A stretch of DNA of 64,000 nucleotides from Chiloscyllium plagiosum (taxonomy: Eukaryota), in NCBI RefSeq assembly GCF_004010195.1, contig NC_057718.1, positions 28,565,071 to 28,629,070 of the forward strand, in the 5' to 3' direction. The number at the start of each line of letters is the position of its first letter. Positions within the stretch are counted from its first letter, which is position 1. The position numbers and the translations under genes are program-made. Positions 63,482 to 64,000 of the stretch are shown here, one piece after another. The notes under the pieces are model-generated. The model made no database searches, had not been told where the DNA came from, and was given only the letters and a program-made list of their open reading frames with translations.

Positions 63482-64000
63482 GTGTGTTATATCTAATAGT
63501 TTATGTTTTGTCAAATAATGAAATGTTAATTATTGCCATTATAAAGATAAGTTGATGTAAGATTTACATCTAATAAGTCAGCTGACTGAATAGTTCTTGA
63601 AAGACAAACTTGTGAATGAATTTTGTCAGAGATATATTTAACTTCTTAATTTTTTGGTCATAGAGTTAATTATAGAAAAGAATTGTATGCAGAATTTCAA
63701 GCCACTGTAATTTGGAGAAGAAATGCTTTTTTTATTGTCATCTATAGCTGGCATAATGTGAATTTATTTACTGTTATGTGACATGGTTTGAAAATTTTAG
63801 CGTTCTAAATATTCACTCCATTTGCCATTTTCACTCCTTTCCTGAGAATGTCAACTCGTTAGAGTATTGCACCATAGGAGCAGAAAGCCCTCACTATGCA
63901 TTCTTCATGCATAAGACAGACAGTGCTATCAGGCAGTTCACTCCTTGGCATTACCCAAAACCAGGCCAGATCCTATCCTTACCTGACAACACCCAGGAGT

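Noticed and set aside
54732..63555. Assigning FBN1/FBN2/FBN3, LTBP or NOTCH to the EGF-rich ORFs
   Set aside because: No TB/hybrid, LNR or other diagnostic domain, and the exon structure is unlike those genes, so no symbol is given.

Overview
Eukaryotic (vertebrate) genomic DNA, almost certainly from a cartilaginous fish. This is inferred from HE1-type tRNA-derived V-SINEs and their partner CR1/HER1-type LINEs, and the species cannot be fixed from the sequence. Roughly 1-54.7 kb is repeat-dense non-coding DNA: CR1 LINEs (two retain an SGNH-esterase ORF1), SINEs of several families, Penelope-like elements (PLEs) of at least four families, a Tx1/L1-like LINE, and decayed Harbinger and hAT transposases. 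From 54.8 kb, three phase-1/phase-1 coding exons (2079, 123 and 2619 bp) on the + strand encode about 39 uninterrupted, mostly calcium-binding EGF modules with no TB domain, so this is not a canonical fibrillin. The largest exon carries an exact 900-bp internal tandem duplication. Most notable observations: (i) ten short inverted-repeat PLE insertions, nine with 11-16 bp target-site duplications (TSDs), whose inversion junctions fall on minimal hammerhead-ribozyme motifs, one with an intact core at 30133-30167; (ii) a Tx1-like locus built from six short A-tailed LINE fragments in non-colinear order between three copies of one target site, with a second independent example; (iii) near-identical local inverted copies of 82 and 64 bp that look like templated insertions. 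Family names come from recognition of motifs, not database searches.
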